A DNA stretch of 53,241 bases, the filler included, from Catajapyx aquilonaris (Eukaryota): NCBI GenBank assembly GCA_000934665.2. It is 3 parts of 3 records of this genome, joined end to end, with 100 filler letters (N's around TTAATTAATTAA, not from the genome) between each part and the next. Parts side by side here need not be neighbours in the genome. Positions count along the whole stretch, not along the records: positions 17,760 to 35,490 come from JYFJ02006895.1; positions 35,591 to 53,241 come from JYFJ02006896.1; 1 more part is not named here. The stretch is one strand, 5' to 3'. Below are positions 25,740 to 37,873 of the stretch, one piece after another. The notes under the pieces were generated by a model. That model did no database searches. It had not been told where the DNA came from and was given only the letters and a program-made list of their open reading frames with translations. Each line of letters begins with the position of its first letter. Positions within the stretch are counted from its first letter, which is position 1. Both the position numbers and the translations under genes were made by a program.

Positions 25740-26293
25740 GGATTGACAAGCACATATTTGGGGCTTACCCCATTTAGAGGAATTGGAAAAGGTTCAGACT
25801 TGCTATATAAAAAAGTATCTTATGCTCCCTAGAAACACAGCTGGCTATTTTCTCCGGTTGGAAACCGGCCGTAGACCCCTCTCGGTTAAAGTGATAAAGG
25901 CATTATGCCGTTTTCTACTGAAAATAGCGCTGCCAGACCCTTCTGAGCTAATTTCACTGTTTCCAAGCAGCAATTGCAGTGAAGAAACCAAATAAATTTG
26001 AATGGATTGCAGCGGTTAGGAAGATGTTTCTTGACACAGGATTATCTCCTGATACCTGGTTCAACAACTTAGATAAAATTAATTTAGAGAATATTGTAGA
26101 ATCTTTTATCCAATCGTCTATAACTGAGGATATTACTCGCGGCTCTAATTTAAGTGAGAACTACGCCCACTATAAGTATTTATTAACAGACCACCTAAGA
26201 GAAAGTTACTTCGATTACCAGTTACCTCTTCCTGTTATAAGACTGACTGCTAATCTAAGAAACAACTCTACATCTTATTGGTTAAAAGGATGA
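25740..26293 (+). mobile_element. Non-LTR retrotransposon (LINE) ORF2 post-RT fragment
   Basis: LEKVQ..YIKK.L.LPRNT..YFLRLETGR..L, WI..VR..F...G, Y..YK....ESY.......R..A.LR; frameshifted. Confidence 0.65.
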
Positions 26294-26814
26294 AAGAGTG
26301 ACTTGCACCAGTTTGTTCCAAAAATAATTGGCGACAATCTCGGTTAATACATTTATGCGTCAGATTGTACACTGACACAAATTTATGCCATTACACGTTC
26401 AAGAAAAAGATCAGGGTGACGACTTTTCTCAACTAGTGTCATTTTTAGCACAAACAGAGCTGCAGAAGGCATGGGTTCGCAGGGAGCAGATGCATAGATT
26501 GCGGATCCAGCATGAAATATATTTGCATGCCTTGTGAATGACCTCTCTTCAACAAAAGGTTGCTGACACGAACTGCTGCACTGCACTGTGCACAAGGCAA
26601 CGAAGAAATAAAACAGCAGCAGTCGTGGTCTGAGAGTCGTGGCAGTTAGATAGTGAAAAGCTCTAGCTTCCTCTACCTGCACGACTAGTTCTTCGGTGTC
26701 CTCCAGACTCGTGCCCCGCCTCCACAAGTTAGTGTATCAACTTTAAGGTGCGTGCTTCCCACTCATTTTAATAGCGTTTTATTTTTATTCTATTAATTAT
26801 CTGCCTCGGAGACA

Positions 26815-27060
26815 ATGACCTCACTGACAGTAAGTTTGTCATGCAAGTCACTTCATTACATGAGGTACTCAGGGGAAAATGTGACCCTCAAGAAAAGCCA
26901 CCAATATTATAGGCAAATGCAGCTGGGGATGGCTATAATGAGCGTTAAACACTATGAATTAGTGTTATTCTGCAGTGCAGATCAGAGTATCATGGTGTTG
27001 CCGCTACACGCTTACAATATTTTACATATAATCTGCTGCTTAGGGTGTCAGAAATTTATT
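26815..27060 (+). mobile_element. YqaJ / lambda-exonuclease-like C-terminal fragment (transposon accessory nuclease)
   Basis: LKKSHQYYRQMQLGMAIMSVKHYELVLF matches the LK..H.YY.QVQ..M.......FV motif. Confidence 0.6.
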
Positions 27061-28894
27061 TTAAGCACATGCTACCAATTCTTGTTAAGTACACAGCTTT
27101 TTGTGCGATTGGAAAATGAATTTCCATTGATCCATTGAAAACCTGTTCTATGAATCACAGCACACTGCACATAAAATGATCAGCACACCTGCATCTCAGT
27201 GTAAGACAAAGTGGCGCACTGCAAAAGAGCGCGTGACACTTAAAAACCCCCTCTGATGCACCCCACGAACTTCTCGATTCTACCTCAATTTCAGACAACT
27301 TGCCCATCCACTGGCAACATACAATATAATTGTGCCAGACTGGCAAGAAAATATAGGGCACCAAGTGTCACACCTGCTGTATGCCCATCGAAGGATACCA
27401 CCACAGAAGGACTCTGGGGCGGCAAGGAAATGACTAAAATGAAACACTTTCATTAAACATGTACTACCACAGAACCCGTGCCTTTAGGCAGGCGTTAGCG
27501 CAAACGTGCTCCTTGCCAACGGTTAGGTAGCTTCAGACGTGGATATCACAAATCCCCATTCAAAGTGGCCATCTGCCTTCAAATAAATGGAATAAATGGA
27601 TGGAATACCAAGACAAACTTGTCAAAAGACTAATCCTGGAAAAGTACCCAAAAAAAGTATCCAGTAAAGAACACATTTAGTGCATATTGAGCATGCCGCA
27701 CAGTCAGAACGCGAAGCAAATGCTATTCCCCCAGGTGGCGGTATTCTTCACATAAATGTTACTCATATCACTGCAATGAGTGGTAATGCTGGTCATGACG
27801 GTTACAAGATCTCATGTCTGATGTCCTTCGAAGATGGGTGGAACCAGCAGAAGTCCATCATTATTATCAATCATTATTCCAAGGCGACGGGGCTACTTTC
27901 CCTGTCTCTCCAACAGCTCCGACATTCAGGATTACATCGGATCTCTCCCAGATTTGGCAGAGTTTGATCCCAACGGCATGTCTGAAGGAGAAGGAGCCTC
28001 GAGTGGCATGCCTGTGAGAACATAAGTCTGGACGAAAAGACCAGCTGACAAGCTACTGTAAATCTGATGTTGTTATTCTGAATGCTGCATGCCTCAAGTT
28101 TCGGCCAACATTCCTGACAGAAAATGGGGTTTCAATTTGTATACCATCTACCCATTGAGGAAACCTTACACTGTGTATTCAAACACACCCTTGTGGTAAG
28201 CACTGGAGACGAGAATAAAGCAAGACTCAGTCTTCCAATTGGAGTGAAAAAGAAGAAACCACAACCAAGATTCTCTCTCGCCTAATAACAAAAAGGCAGT
28301 TGAGGCAAGCAACTCAAATGATCATTCAGACACATCCAATAAGAGGCCATCAGTACAGCTTGGTAAAGAAGTTGCCTGGGCAACACAGACCTAGCAGAGT
28401 TCCTTTTCCGCTTTCCTGGTACCAATGCTCTCACTGAACAGGTAACAGCAAAAATACAAGAAGAAATGGGATCAGGAAAAGAAAAGGCCGGAACCCAGGT
28501 GCATAGGGGCAAGTCAAGTGAAACGAAAAGCAGCACTAGTTACACCCAAGGAAGGGGTAAATACGCAAGCAGCAACTCAAAAGTGCTCAACATGAACCAT
28601 ATATCTGTGAGCAATTCAATTCCAACAAAGGACTTAAACCACAGATCACTTTCTCAATTGCTTGTAATACTCCATTCGTTTGCTACATATATCTTCCATC
28701 ATTAACATAAAACTATTAACCAGGAATTAAACCAGGTAAAGCGCAATTCATGGCAATGGGGAATGATGACATGCGATCTGCCATTGAGATTTTACTAAAA
28801 ATTGATCGGGGTTGAAACAGGTGCAAACCTTTTGCCTGTGAAAATGGCATAATACTTTTAACAAATTCACCACCATGTATCCTTCACTTTTCAG

Positions 28895-29055
28895 GTAAGG
28901 AACGCCAGGATCGACGGAAAGCCATCAGGGACAGGTATTGAGGATGCTGAGGGAGAAGGAGAAGAGGGCAAGTGGCAGCTGCAGCTTTGACTGCGAAACT
29001 AGCTGGAGCCTCTTCCCAGAGTTGGGTTTTCTGGACCCACACCTAATCTGTAGGA
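28895..29055 (+). pseudogene. MADF-domain remnant (Harbinger accessory-type)
   Basis: DRRKAIRDRY*..LREKEKRASGS....TSWSLFPELGFLDPHL resembles the MADF C-terminus (W..LRD.Y.R...SGS...W..F..L.FL.PH); disrupted; bounded by splice-like sites. Confidence 0.5.
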
Positions 29056-29308
29056 GGTAGGTCGCTGACAAATAATCCTGCTTGGAGACTGCATGGTGTA
29101 CGCTCAGGAGCAACTTCTCAATCAATCAAACTTCCACACGGGACAAAGACCAGCACATTTAGTGATTCGGACACCCAGCTGGAAGACGACTGCCCTTGAT
29201 GTGTCAAAAAAGAAGATGCAGGAAAATCCGGAGCATCTCCTCATTACAGTTGGTACACAAAAAGCTATCACCATGCCAGAAGTACCAACCAAGGGGTACT
29301 ACTTTTGA

Positions 29309-29436
29309 TGGCGGGTTTCGCCAAGACCGGTTTATGATAAAACCGCGGCTCTTTCGGAAAATCCCTCTACATATTTGTGTGGCTTTTCCGAAAGAACCAA
29401 GGTTTTATCATAAACTGGTCTTGGCGAAACCGGCCC
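29309..29436. mobile_element. Harbinger-like MITE with TGA target duplication
   Basis: ~35-bp TIR GGTTTCGCCAAGACCGGTTTATGATAAAACC; TGA at 29306-29308 and 29437-29439. Confidence 0.85.
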
Positions 29437-30601
29437 TGAAACAAGTTAAATCTCTTAAACGAGACGTACTTCCAACCACCTCAGGTTAAAATTGCGTCGT
29501 TGCCACTCTGCAAGTGTCTGAGCGGTCCCCTGACATTGCCAATCTGGTGTGAACCAGTGCAGAGTCGTGAGGAACATCTTGTTGAGTAAATACCAGTCAA
29601 CAAAACTACACCAACATAAAATATGGTGGTCATCCACACTTCTTTTGCAAACATCTTGGCAAAAAAGAAACAGGCTCCCAATTCGAGGGCTTGGGAGAAT
29701 GCGACTAGACTATAATACTGTCAAAGACACACTCATCTTCATTTGAAGAGTGATGTGAGTTCTCGCTGCTAGGCTGTCCCCATCCGTCTTTCCTCCCTCC
29801 CCCAAGCAATACAAAACCATTTTACTTCTGCCTGATCACCCAGCAGTCGGCATGACAACAGCAGAAAACAGCAAGACCAACCAGCCGACGAGAATTTCAC
29901 ACATGTGACTTGTTTATGGAGCATTTTGTAGCCTCACACGGGCAGAAACAGGGACGTCTAGTCATCTCGCACGATGGCGGCAACCAGGCCCATGGGTGTC
30001 CTTCCCAACTGCCACCCTCACGTTGTCCCCGCCAGCACCCCGCAAGGGATCTCTTGATGGTTTGAGGATTGAAGCCCTTCCCTTCCCTCCTTCCCAAAGG
30101 CCGCTCGCTTCATGCCGTCCATCAGGTCCTTCCATACAAGTCAAGGGCAGGAACTTTGGCTTTGTCCATAAGTCACATGTGATTCACTGGGCAAGGTTGG
30201 TTATGTTGCTTCAATAATACATTTCACAAACTCCTGCTCTCAACATTTTTTAAACACATGTGATGAAACTGAAGAAGGACTGTTGTATCTCACTTGACAG
30301 GGATTTTGCTTGCACCATGCAACTTTTCTGAACAAATTAACTTGGCATACATAGTTTTTGCTTGTCATATAATGTGATACCATGAATTTACAACTGTTTT
30401 TTTTCATTTCTTGAATACTTAAGAAAATTTGGAAAAAATTGTCACCTTCGTATGAACAGCTTTTTTTTTCCCGCTCTGACACGTCACGTTTACACTCAGG
30501 CACTTGGGTACAATAAGGCAAGCGCATGTGACCTTCTAACACAAATATGTAAAATATTTTTGCATGCATTTGCATACTTTTCAGTAAGATAAGTATAACT
30601 G

Positions 30602-31222
30602 TTGGGGCAGCTTGGAGCTGCTGGTCGGGGTGGTGGTGGGGGCCCCGCTAAGAAACGGCCCCGCTGGGCTGGCGGTGCGGTGAAGCCTGCGGGCTCGGGG
30701 GCGTCGCCTTCGCAGCCTGCTGTGAGCGTGCCCAAGCCCGTGCCTCGCTCCGTGGGGACCCAGTTCCCGCCACGGCCCGGGACTCAGGAGGTTGATCGCG
30801 GGTCTGTGGCCACATACATGCATTATCTCGAACACCCGTGGCAGCCCTCGACTTCGAGGCTGGTGGTGGGGCCCCCGGTGGAGCTGGGGCCCTGGTCTGT
30901 GAGTGTCCGTTTTGGACGGCGGCCTCTGCCCTCGCCGTCTTTTGAGTGGGTTCCTCCCATTCCTCCTCCTCCCGAGGGGGCTCCTGCGGACGTGGCGCCC
31001 TCCGTGGCCGAGGTGGGCGCTCAGGGTTGTGGCCCTGCTGGCGCCGGGTTGTTGGAAGGCTCCACCATTGGACTGTTGCACCTAGCCTCGGTGCACAAGA
31101 AGCTGGTGGCTGCTGGGGGCCAGATGGCAGCCCTCCAGGGGTTTTTTACTCAGCTGTTGGAGGCCGTGGAGGCTGCGCAGGTCACTGACTCGGAAACAAT
31201 GGACCAGACTACTTCAGACTGA
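30602..31222 (+). CDS. Hypothetical GC-rich Pro/Gly-rich ORF (206 codons, TTG start), function unknown
   Basis: Uninterrupted ORF in a sharply GC-rich island; NLS-like PAKKRPR and a helical C-terminal segment; no recognised domain. Confidence 0.3.
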   Translation: MGQLGAAGRGGGGGPAKKRPRWAGGAVKPAGSGASPSQPAVSVPKPVPRSVGTQFPPRPGTQEVDRGSVATYMHYLEHPWQPSTSRLVVGPPVELGPWSVSVRFGRRPLPSPSFEWVPPIPPPPEGAPADVAPSVAEVGAQGCGPAGAGLLEGSTIGLLHLASVHKKLVAAGGQMAALQGFFTQLLEAVEAAQVTDSETMDQTTSD

Positions 31223-31959
31223 GGACTTGGGCTATCGGTCTGGGTTGTGTTGTGGGGGGTGCCCTCTCCTGTTTGGCACCCCCCACTTTTGTTTCTGCTG
31301 CTTGGACTGCTATGCGGACTGCTGTTGGGCAATTTGTGAGTCGAGTGAGCATTGTGAATGGGCTCTGCTCTTCCATGCCTGGTGGTCTGGACCCAGGGCA
31401 AACTAGCCGGAGAATCATCTGGGGAGTGAAGTCCGCTGACGAAGTCCATGGCCCTGAAATTTAATTGACCAATTAGTAATATCCTCATGCAAGGGTACCT
31501 TAAAAATATTAAAATTCAAAATTTTGGAAACTGGCATATAATGAAGCCCACACAGTTGGAATTGCAGGTAATTTTACATCATTTGTAAATCGGTTTGGCA
31601 TAATAATGCACTTGGGCTGCGTTTATATGTGTGCGATTTGCAGAGTGATGACATAAATTGTTCGGAGTTGAAAATTGATAGTTACTTTTGGCCCAAACCA
31701 TTGGTTTCATTTCTCAGCTAATTGCTCTCATGCAAACGCAGCCTTATTCAGGGGAATATACATTTTATTAACCTGTATTCATGTTTTATTAACGCTGGAA
31801 CCGTGACGTGGGGTCTTTTAGGACCCCAAGGGAATTAAAATGCATTAAAATAATAATTACAATGAACTTTTTGCCATTTAAAAAAAGGATATAACAGGAA
31901 GTGCATGTTTATTTTGAATTAGCAATCACTTTAGGCATTGTTCAAAGACTGATTGTATA

Positions 31960-32447
31960 CAGGGTGTTTCCTGTAACTCTGTAAAGACTTGCAGGGGCAA
32001 TAGAGGGGACCAAGACAAGTATTTTTGACCTAAGAACCTGTGTCCAGAAACGCCATCTAGAGGGGGTTCATAGACAAGGAACGGGTGCGCTCAACCACGT
32101 CACGTGGGGGGGGNNNNNNNNGCGCTAGTCGAGCGAACTGTTTTGTTGATAGATGTTGCTCGGATAGTACCAACAATGCAATGTGCCATAACGTGGCAAC
32201 GACAGATCCATCTAGCAACTAAAGGCCGCCTCCTAGGAGATGCACGGAGAGTAAACAATGGTTCTGTTGTTGCCAGATTATGGAGTATAGCGATGTTGTT
32301 TGCTTATTAACGACACGATATGCCATAACCTGGCAACAACTGCGCTCCATCTAGCAACAAAACCGTCCGCTCGCCTAGCGCATCCCGCGTGAAGCATCCG
32401 AGCGCACCTGTTCCGCGTCTATGAACCCCAGCTCTAGATGGTGTTTC
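31960..32447. mobile_element. Tc1/mariner-type palindromic non-autonomous element, right end truncated
   Basis: Starts TA|CAGGGTGTTT; inner arms CCATCTAGAGGGGGTTCATAGAC / GTCTATGAACCCCAGCTCTAGATGG; a related copy lies at 35591-35960. Confidence 0.7.
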
Positions 32448-32518
32448 CCCCCCCTTTTCCACAACCCTCACCCCCCTTTGTGGTAGGTTTTCAACCTTGA
32501 CTTTCACCACAAACTGTA

Positions 32519-32680
32519 CAGTGTTGGACATAAATCAAGGCATATTGCCGGCGACATTTTCCAAAGCGGCAGAAGAAGGAATCGAAGATAAGCATACTTC
32601 ACACCAGGGCAGCAAAATCCCTTTGTCTGCTGCTTCGGAAAATGTCGCTGGCAGTGCGACCCGATTTATGTCCAACACTA
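32519..32680. mobile_element. Small Tc1/mariner-like MITE
   Basis: TA followed by CAGTGTTGGACATAAATC...GATTTATGTCCAACACTA with ~55-bp imperfect arms. Confidence 0.7.
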
Positions 32681-32877
32681 CGCAGTCTCCCCACATGAAT
32701 TTTTTTTTTGCATGGCGGGGGTTGTGGAAAACTGGGGGCGGGGGGATAACTGGTCCTCGCCCCCGAAAGTTATTCTTAGAATGTGTACCGTGCTGGACAC
32801 ATTAGCCATCTCAGAATGTTTTTTTCCCCGTCGGCAACGGCACGTGTTACCTGGCAACCCCGGCCGGCGGGCCAATA

Positions 32878-33917
32878 CAAACATCAGCATATGGAGAGTG
32901 CTTGTAGTGTCCTTTCCATTGTTGCCACTGTTTACAAAGAGAGAGTGATGCGGACGACCTAGCGACGGGTCTCTGCCTGCTTACACAATATCTGCAGGGA
33001 GGGATACGCAGGAGAAAACGGGAAAATAATGATGTTAGAAGCAATCCACTTTGGGAAAATTATCCCCGGTCTCAATGAAAGGTTTTCAACCACAGCACAC
33101 GAAATTCCATCCCGCATATGAGTGGTGGCCCCCCCGTAAGTAAAATCAGGGGTGCGCTAATTGAAAGTGCGTCAACTGACGAATTCTTTTGGTTTTTGTG
33201 TCTTTTCCACGTACTTCGACACCTCTAAGACGAATGGAGACCATGCCCCATATGTCAGACACCACGCCAGTCTCGTAATTTGTCCCCAAAGACTTCATAT
33301 CCCAAAATGGCTTCCGCTGTTCCGCATGTATGAGTACGTGTCGTTCGCGTCATATTCGCGCCAGGAAGAGATACACGACTAACGCTTGTTGCAGGTGTTC
33401 ATATTATTGTGTACGTCCAACCCCTGTACGTGTCATGTTAGTCGTGTATCTCTTCCTGTCGCAAATATACGCGAACGACACATACCGGTATATGCGGAAC
33501 AGCGGAAGCCATTTTGAGATATGACGTCTTTGGGGACAAATGACGCGACTGACGTGGTGTCTGACATACGGGGCATGGTCTCCATTCGTCTTAGAGCTAG
33601 GATGCGGAAAAGACACAAAAACCAAAAGAATCCGCCAGTTGACGCACTTTCAATTAGCGCACCCCTGATTTTACTTAAGGGATGTCCACCGATCTCATAT
33701 GCAGGTTGGAATTTCGTGTGCTGTGGACGAAAACCTTTCATTGAGTCCAGGGATAATTGTCCCAAAGTGGATTGCTTCTAACATCGGTATTTTCCGGGTT
33801 TTTTTCCTGCGCATCCCTGCAGATACTGTGTAAGCAGGCAGCTGTGTCGTCCGCGTCACTCACTCGATTTGTAAAATGCGGCAACAATGAAAAGCCCTCT
33901 CCACATGCCGATGTTTG
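32878..33917. repeat. ~1-kb imperfect inverted repeat (foldback), arms ~500 bp, 53-bp spacer
   Basis: Arm 32878-33383 pairs with 33437-33917. ORFs 33161+ and 33625- give near-identical peptides (SKTNGDHAPYVRHH...KWLPLFR). Confidence 0.9.
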
Positions 33918-34414
33918 CACTCGTTAAAAAATTCATCAGTACGGTTCGGCTATTCCCCCCCTTCTAAATGCATGGCCCTTGATGCTCACCTGGGCTTCTC
34001 CTCTGTCCAGTCGGGGGCTGCAGACTCGGCGGATGTGGCCCGGGGGCGGAGGAGGGGCCGGCAGGACCAGGGGCAGGCCCCGGGAGACAGGCGACGGAAC
34101 AAGCTGCAACTTGTCCAACATTCTGAGGCGAATAGAATGAGAAGAGAGAGAGAGCAGACAGCGCCAGACGCTTCCCGCAGCGGGAAGGAGGAGAACTACA
34201 TCGCATAAGGAAGTTCCGTCAACCCGAGGTAACACCGCCATCTTTGGTCCGTGCAAACTGAATGGGAACAAACATGGCGGCTTCCTCTGTGGACGCCGAA
34301 CTCTCCTTTTCCACATTTTCTCCCCCTTCCCCCNCCCCTTTTAAATCCTATCTGGCAGCACAGGGGTGCCAACAGCTGCTATGACAAAGAACTAATGTCA
34401 GAGACTTTCAATTC

Positions 34415-34547
34415 GGACCGGTTTCACCAAGCCCGGTTTTATGATAAAACCCTGGTTATTTTTTTTTGGAACGTCCCTCCAAATAGAATAGGGATTTTCA
34501 GCAAGAAGAGGGGTTTTTATCAAAACCGGGCTTGGTGAAACCGACCC
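34415..34547. mobile_element. Harbinger-like MITE, same family as 29309-29436
   Basis: TIR CGGTTTCACCAAGCCCGGTTTT / AAAACCGGGCTTGGTGAAACCG. Confidence 0.75.
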
Positions 34548-35490
34548 TAAAGCAAGGTGGTCCCCTCCAAAGAATCAGCAATGACCACAAGTCTGGATAT
34601 TGTGTCCGAGCTAATGGCCTCGAGTACAGATTTGCACTGCCTTATATTATATTAGTGTTGCGTAATGCATGCTGGGAGGAAGGTTACATAGTCACGCGGG
34701 TGGTGAACAGCATGATGGGAGAGCAGTAGTGTGTGCGGTACATATGACCTGAGCCGCATGGTTTATCAGAATAAGCAATGGGGTAATCAAATGATGGTGG
34801 CGAAACAATACGGTCACACAGGGCATATTTTCGTGCCTAAAAATTTGGACTGATAATAAATACGAAATGACATTTATGGGATGGAAAACTATTTTATCAC
34901 TCTTTCAGACGGTGGGACTCAGATATATTTGTAAGAAACCCAGAATTAAATATGGGGGTCCTTTCATGATCAAAAGTCGATTACAAATCCACTGAAAATA
35001 AAGCATGGAATGTTTTATTAACATTTCCGCCAAATGGCAATATTTTCTTCATATATTTTTGGCGCGAAACACGCGTTACGTATATGTAGTCACCGCAATT
35101 GGCAACAAATTTTTTTTTGGTTAAAAATATCATTCCACTTGTTATATGGGAAAGCCTGATTTCTCTACCTAGGTAATAATTAATATCAAGAGCTAATTAA
35201 TATCGATGTCAATTGCCATGTAAAAAGGGGGGGGGGGGGTTATTCATAGAAGGCCAAGTTGTACAAAAGTTGTCTTTACATTTCTGGTTATTTCCGGCCC
35301 CCAAATTCCTCCCAAGTCCCTCCTCCCTCCTTGGGGTTTCCCACCATTCATTCCAGCTTTCTCCTCCCCACGAGCCACGATGCCATGACCCAACCCATCA
35401 GTGTTACCAGATGTACCATAATTATGGTATTCATACCATAATTTCGGGTTCCGTACCATGTACCATAATGGTACGCAAAAAGTACCATTA

Positions 35491-35590
35491 NNNNNNNNNN
35501 NNNNNNNNNNNNNNNNNNNNNNNNNNNNNNNNNNTTAATTAATTAANNNNNNNNNNNNNNNNNNNNNNNNNNNNNNNNNNNNNNNNNNNN
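35491..35590. other. Artificial contig spacer N44-TTAATTAATTAA-N44
   Basis: Identical to 17660-17759. Confidence 0.95.
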
Positions 35591-35960
35591 GATAGTAAAC
35601 ATCGATGCGATGTGCCATAACCTGGCAACAGCAGAGCCATCTAGCAACTAAAGTACGCCTCCTAGGAGATGCGTGGATAGCCAACAGGGGATGTGTTGTT
35701 GCCAGGTTATGGCGTATCGCGTTGTTGTAAGCAAACAACGATGCGATACGCAATAACCTGGCAACAACTGCAATCTATCTATCAACAAAACAGTCCGCTC
35801 ACCTTGCACCTCCCGCGTGACGCTTCTGAGCGCACCCGTTCCTTGTCTATGAACCCCCTCTAGATGGCGTTTCCGGACACGGGTTCCTATGTCAAAAATC
35901 TTTGTCTTGGTCTCCTCTATTACCCCTGAAAGTCTTTGCAGAGTTACAATAAACACCCTG
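35591..35960. mobile_element. Second copy (centre plus right arm) of the Tc1/mariner-type element at 31960
   Basis: Ends AAACACCCTG|TA(TA)n; sequence is the reverse complement of 31960-32100 and similar to 32170-32447. Confidence 0.75.
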
Positions 35961-36262
35961 TATATATATATATATAAAGCAGAAAGTTTCTATGTCTGTC
36001 CGGCCTACTTAACCCACTTCCGGAGTAGGTACTGAGAGTGCTGAAACTTGGCACAGTGACGTCTTACGTGCAGCTGATTTAGGGAATTGAGGAATTTTTG
36101 ACTATACATTTTGTTCACATGTCAGTCGTAAACTTTTTGTCTTCTTGCATGCATCAATGTAAGGCAGAACCCTTCATTTTTGGCTGCAGCAAATTCGGCG
36201 CATTTCAATATGCTAGATGTCATCAATAGTATTCAAGGCATGAATTAAAATTAAAATTTCAG

Positions 36263-37873
36263 CATTCATAGAAGACTATCCTTCCACTGGAGTATTCACA
36301 ACTAGATTAAAAGGCTTCGATCAAGTTCCTACGGATCATTATTTGCGCCCATTTTATTTGGAATATGAAAGGAACCGGGAGTCAAACAAACGGTATTGCC
36401 TCAGGAACACACCGAGCCACAAGGTGAGACTTAAGTCCATAAAGATAGAAATGTATGATCTGCCACATGACATAATACTTATCATATTGTATTGTGAATG
36501 AAGTATATAATTACTGCATATACTGCATGACACTTGTTCATTCACAGATCTTCATGAATTACGTAACAAATTTCTTTCTATATTACCGCGACAAGCCAAA
36601 ATTTATGTTCGCATTTCACGGAGAACTTTCGCACGGTGACCTCAACATGGTGGAGGCTGCGGATGAAGATCTTTTGGAAATGGTCCAGGGATTACATGAA
36701 AATAACATGCTGAATGACACGCTGCTCATAATTATGAGCAATCACGGCGCCAGGTGAGGCTTAGAAAATATGTTACTTTTAGCTGGTAGTTTTCAGAAGC
36801 AAGGATTCATGCTGCCATAGTGATTGTTTATAGATTGCTTACTCCAGCAACCAGTTTATACTGATCATCCACATTTTAGGTTTTCCAGTATTAGAGAAAC
36901 CCAACAAGGGAAACAAGAAGAGAGGAATCCAATGTTCAGCTACATATTCCCCCCATGGTTCAGCACAGCATACCCTGAAGCTTACAACAACTTTGTGTTA
37001 GTTCACTTTGGATTTACATTCTCCACCATCGCTCAACTCACCTGAAAATCTTTACTTCCAGAGAAAATTCTAATGTGCTGACAACTCCGTTTGACGTGCA
37101 TGCAACTCTAAGAAACGTTCTGCATTTCACCTATGATAAGCCTGCAGATCTGAAGAACCGATCAATCAACTTGTTTCAGAAGGTATAACTCAGAAACCAC
37201 TGTAATTCGCTGTCTTCAGGAAACTTGATGCCTTGATGGAAGCATGAAATTATTGCAATTATTTCCCCCTCCTTTATAGATACCCAAGGAAAGGACCTGC
37301 GATAATGCTGGGATAGAAACTCATTGGTGCTCTTGCTTATCATGGAACAAAGTGCCAACAACAGACGCCCAAATTCAAGAAGCGGCACATGCAGTAGTCG
37401 ACTTCTTCAATGGATTGACCGAATCCGACAAGGATATATGCGAAACCTTAACCCTTGCTAAGGTTGTCTGGGCGGCAAAGTTCATTCCCAACAATGGTAA
37501 CAATAAAATTATGCCGCCACTCTACTGCATCATGAGCAGATTATTCAGTCAGAGAGTCATATATTGCACAAAAAATAACATGCTGGATTTCACACATTAT
37601 ATTTCAGATTTTTTAAAGTTCAGACAAAACGCAGACGTGGATGGATTCATTCCTGATCTGACAGACAACACAAAGGTCGAAGAGATATACCAAATTCACT
37701 TCCACACAAATCCTGGCAATGGACATTTCGAAGTGACAGTTAAGCGAAACTTGAAGGAGAACACCTATGACTTGAGGGAATCTGACATCAGTCGCGTCAA
37801 CAAATACGGCTCCCAGGCGGATTGCGTGAAAAAGAAGAATCTCGAGATTCGTCAATATTGTTACTGCAAATAA
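36263..37873 (+). CDS. DUF229 family protein (alkaline phosphatase/sulfatase superfamily), 5'-partial
   Basis: In-phase exons 36263-36423, 36548-36753, 36880-~36995, ~37062-37182, ~37280-37496 and ~37608-37873. Motifs GF...PTDHYLRPF, HG.R, RETQQGKQEERNP, LTTPFDVHATL, IP.ERTC..AGI..HWCSC, ISRVNKYG.Q..C, YCYCK*. Confidence 0.85.

Noticed and set aside
31789..31835. piggyBac-like left end (TTAA-CGCTGGAACCGTGACGTGGGGTC...GACCCCA)
   Set aside because: No matching right end found in the window; insufficient support.
33161..33781. Paired similar ORFs on opposite strands as duplicated genes
   Set aside because: By-product of the inverted repeat; frames are not conserved between arms.
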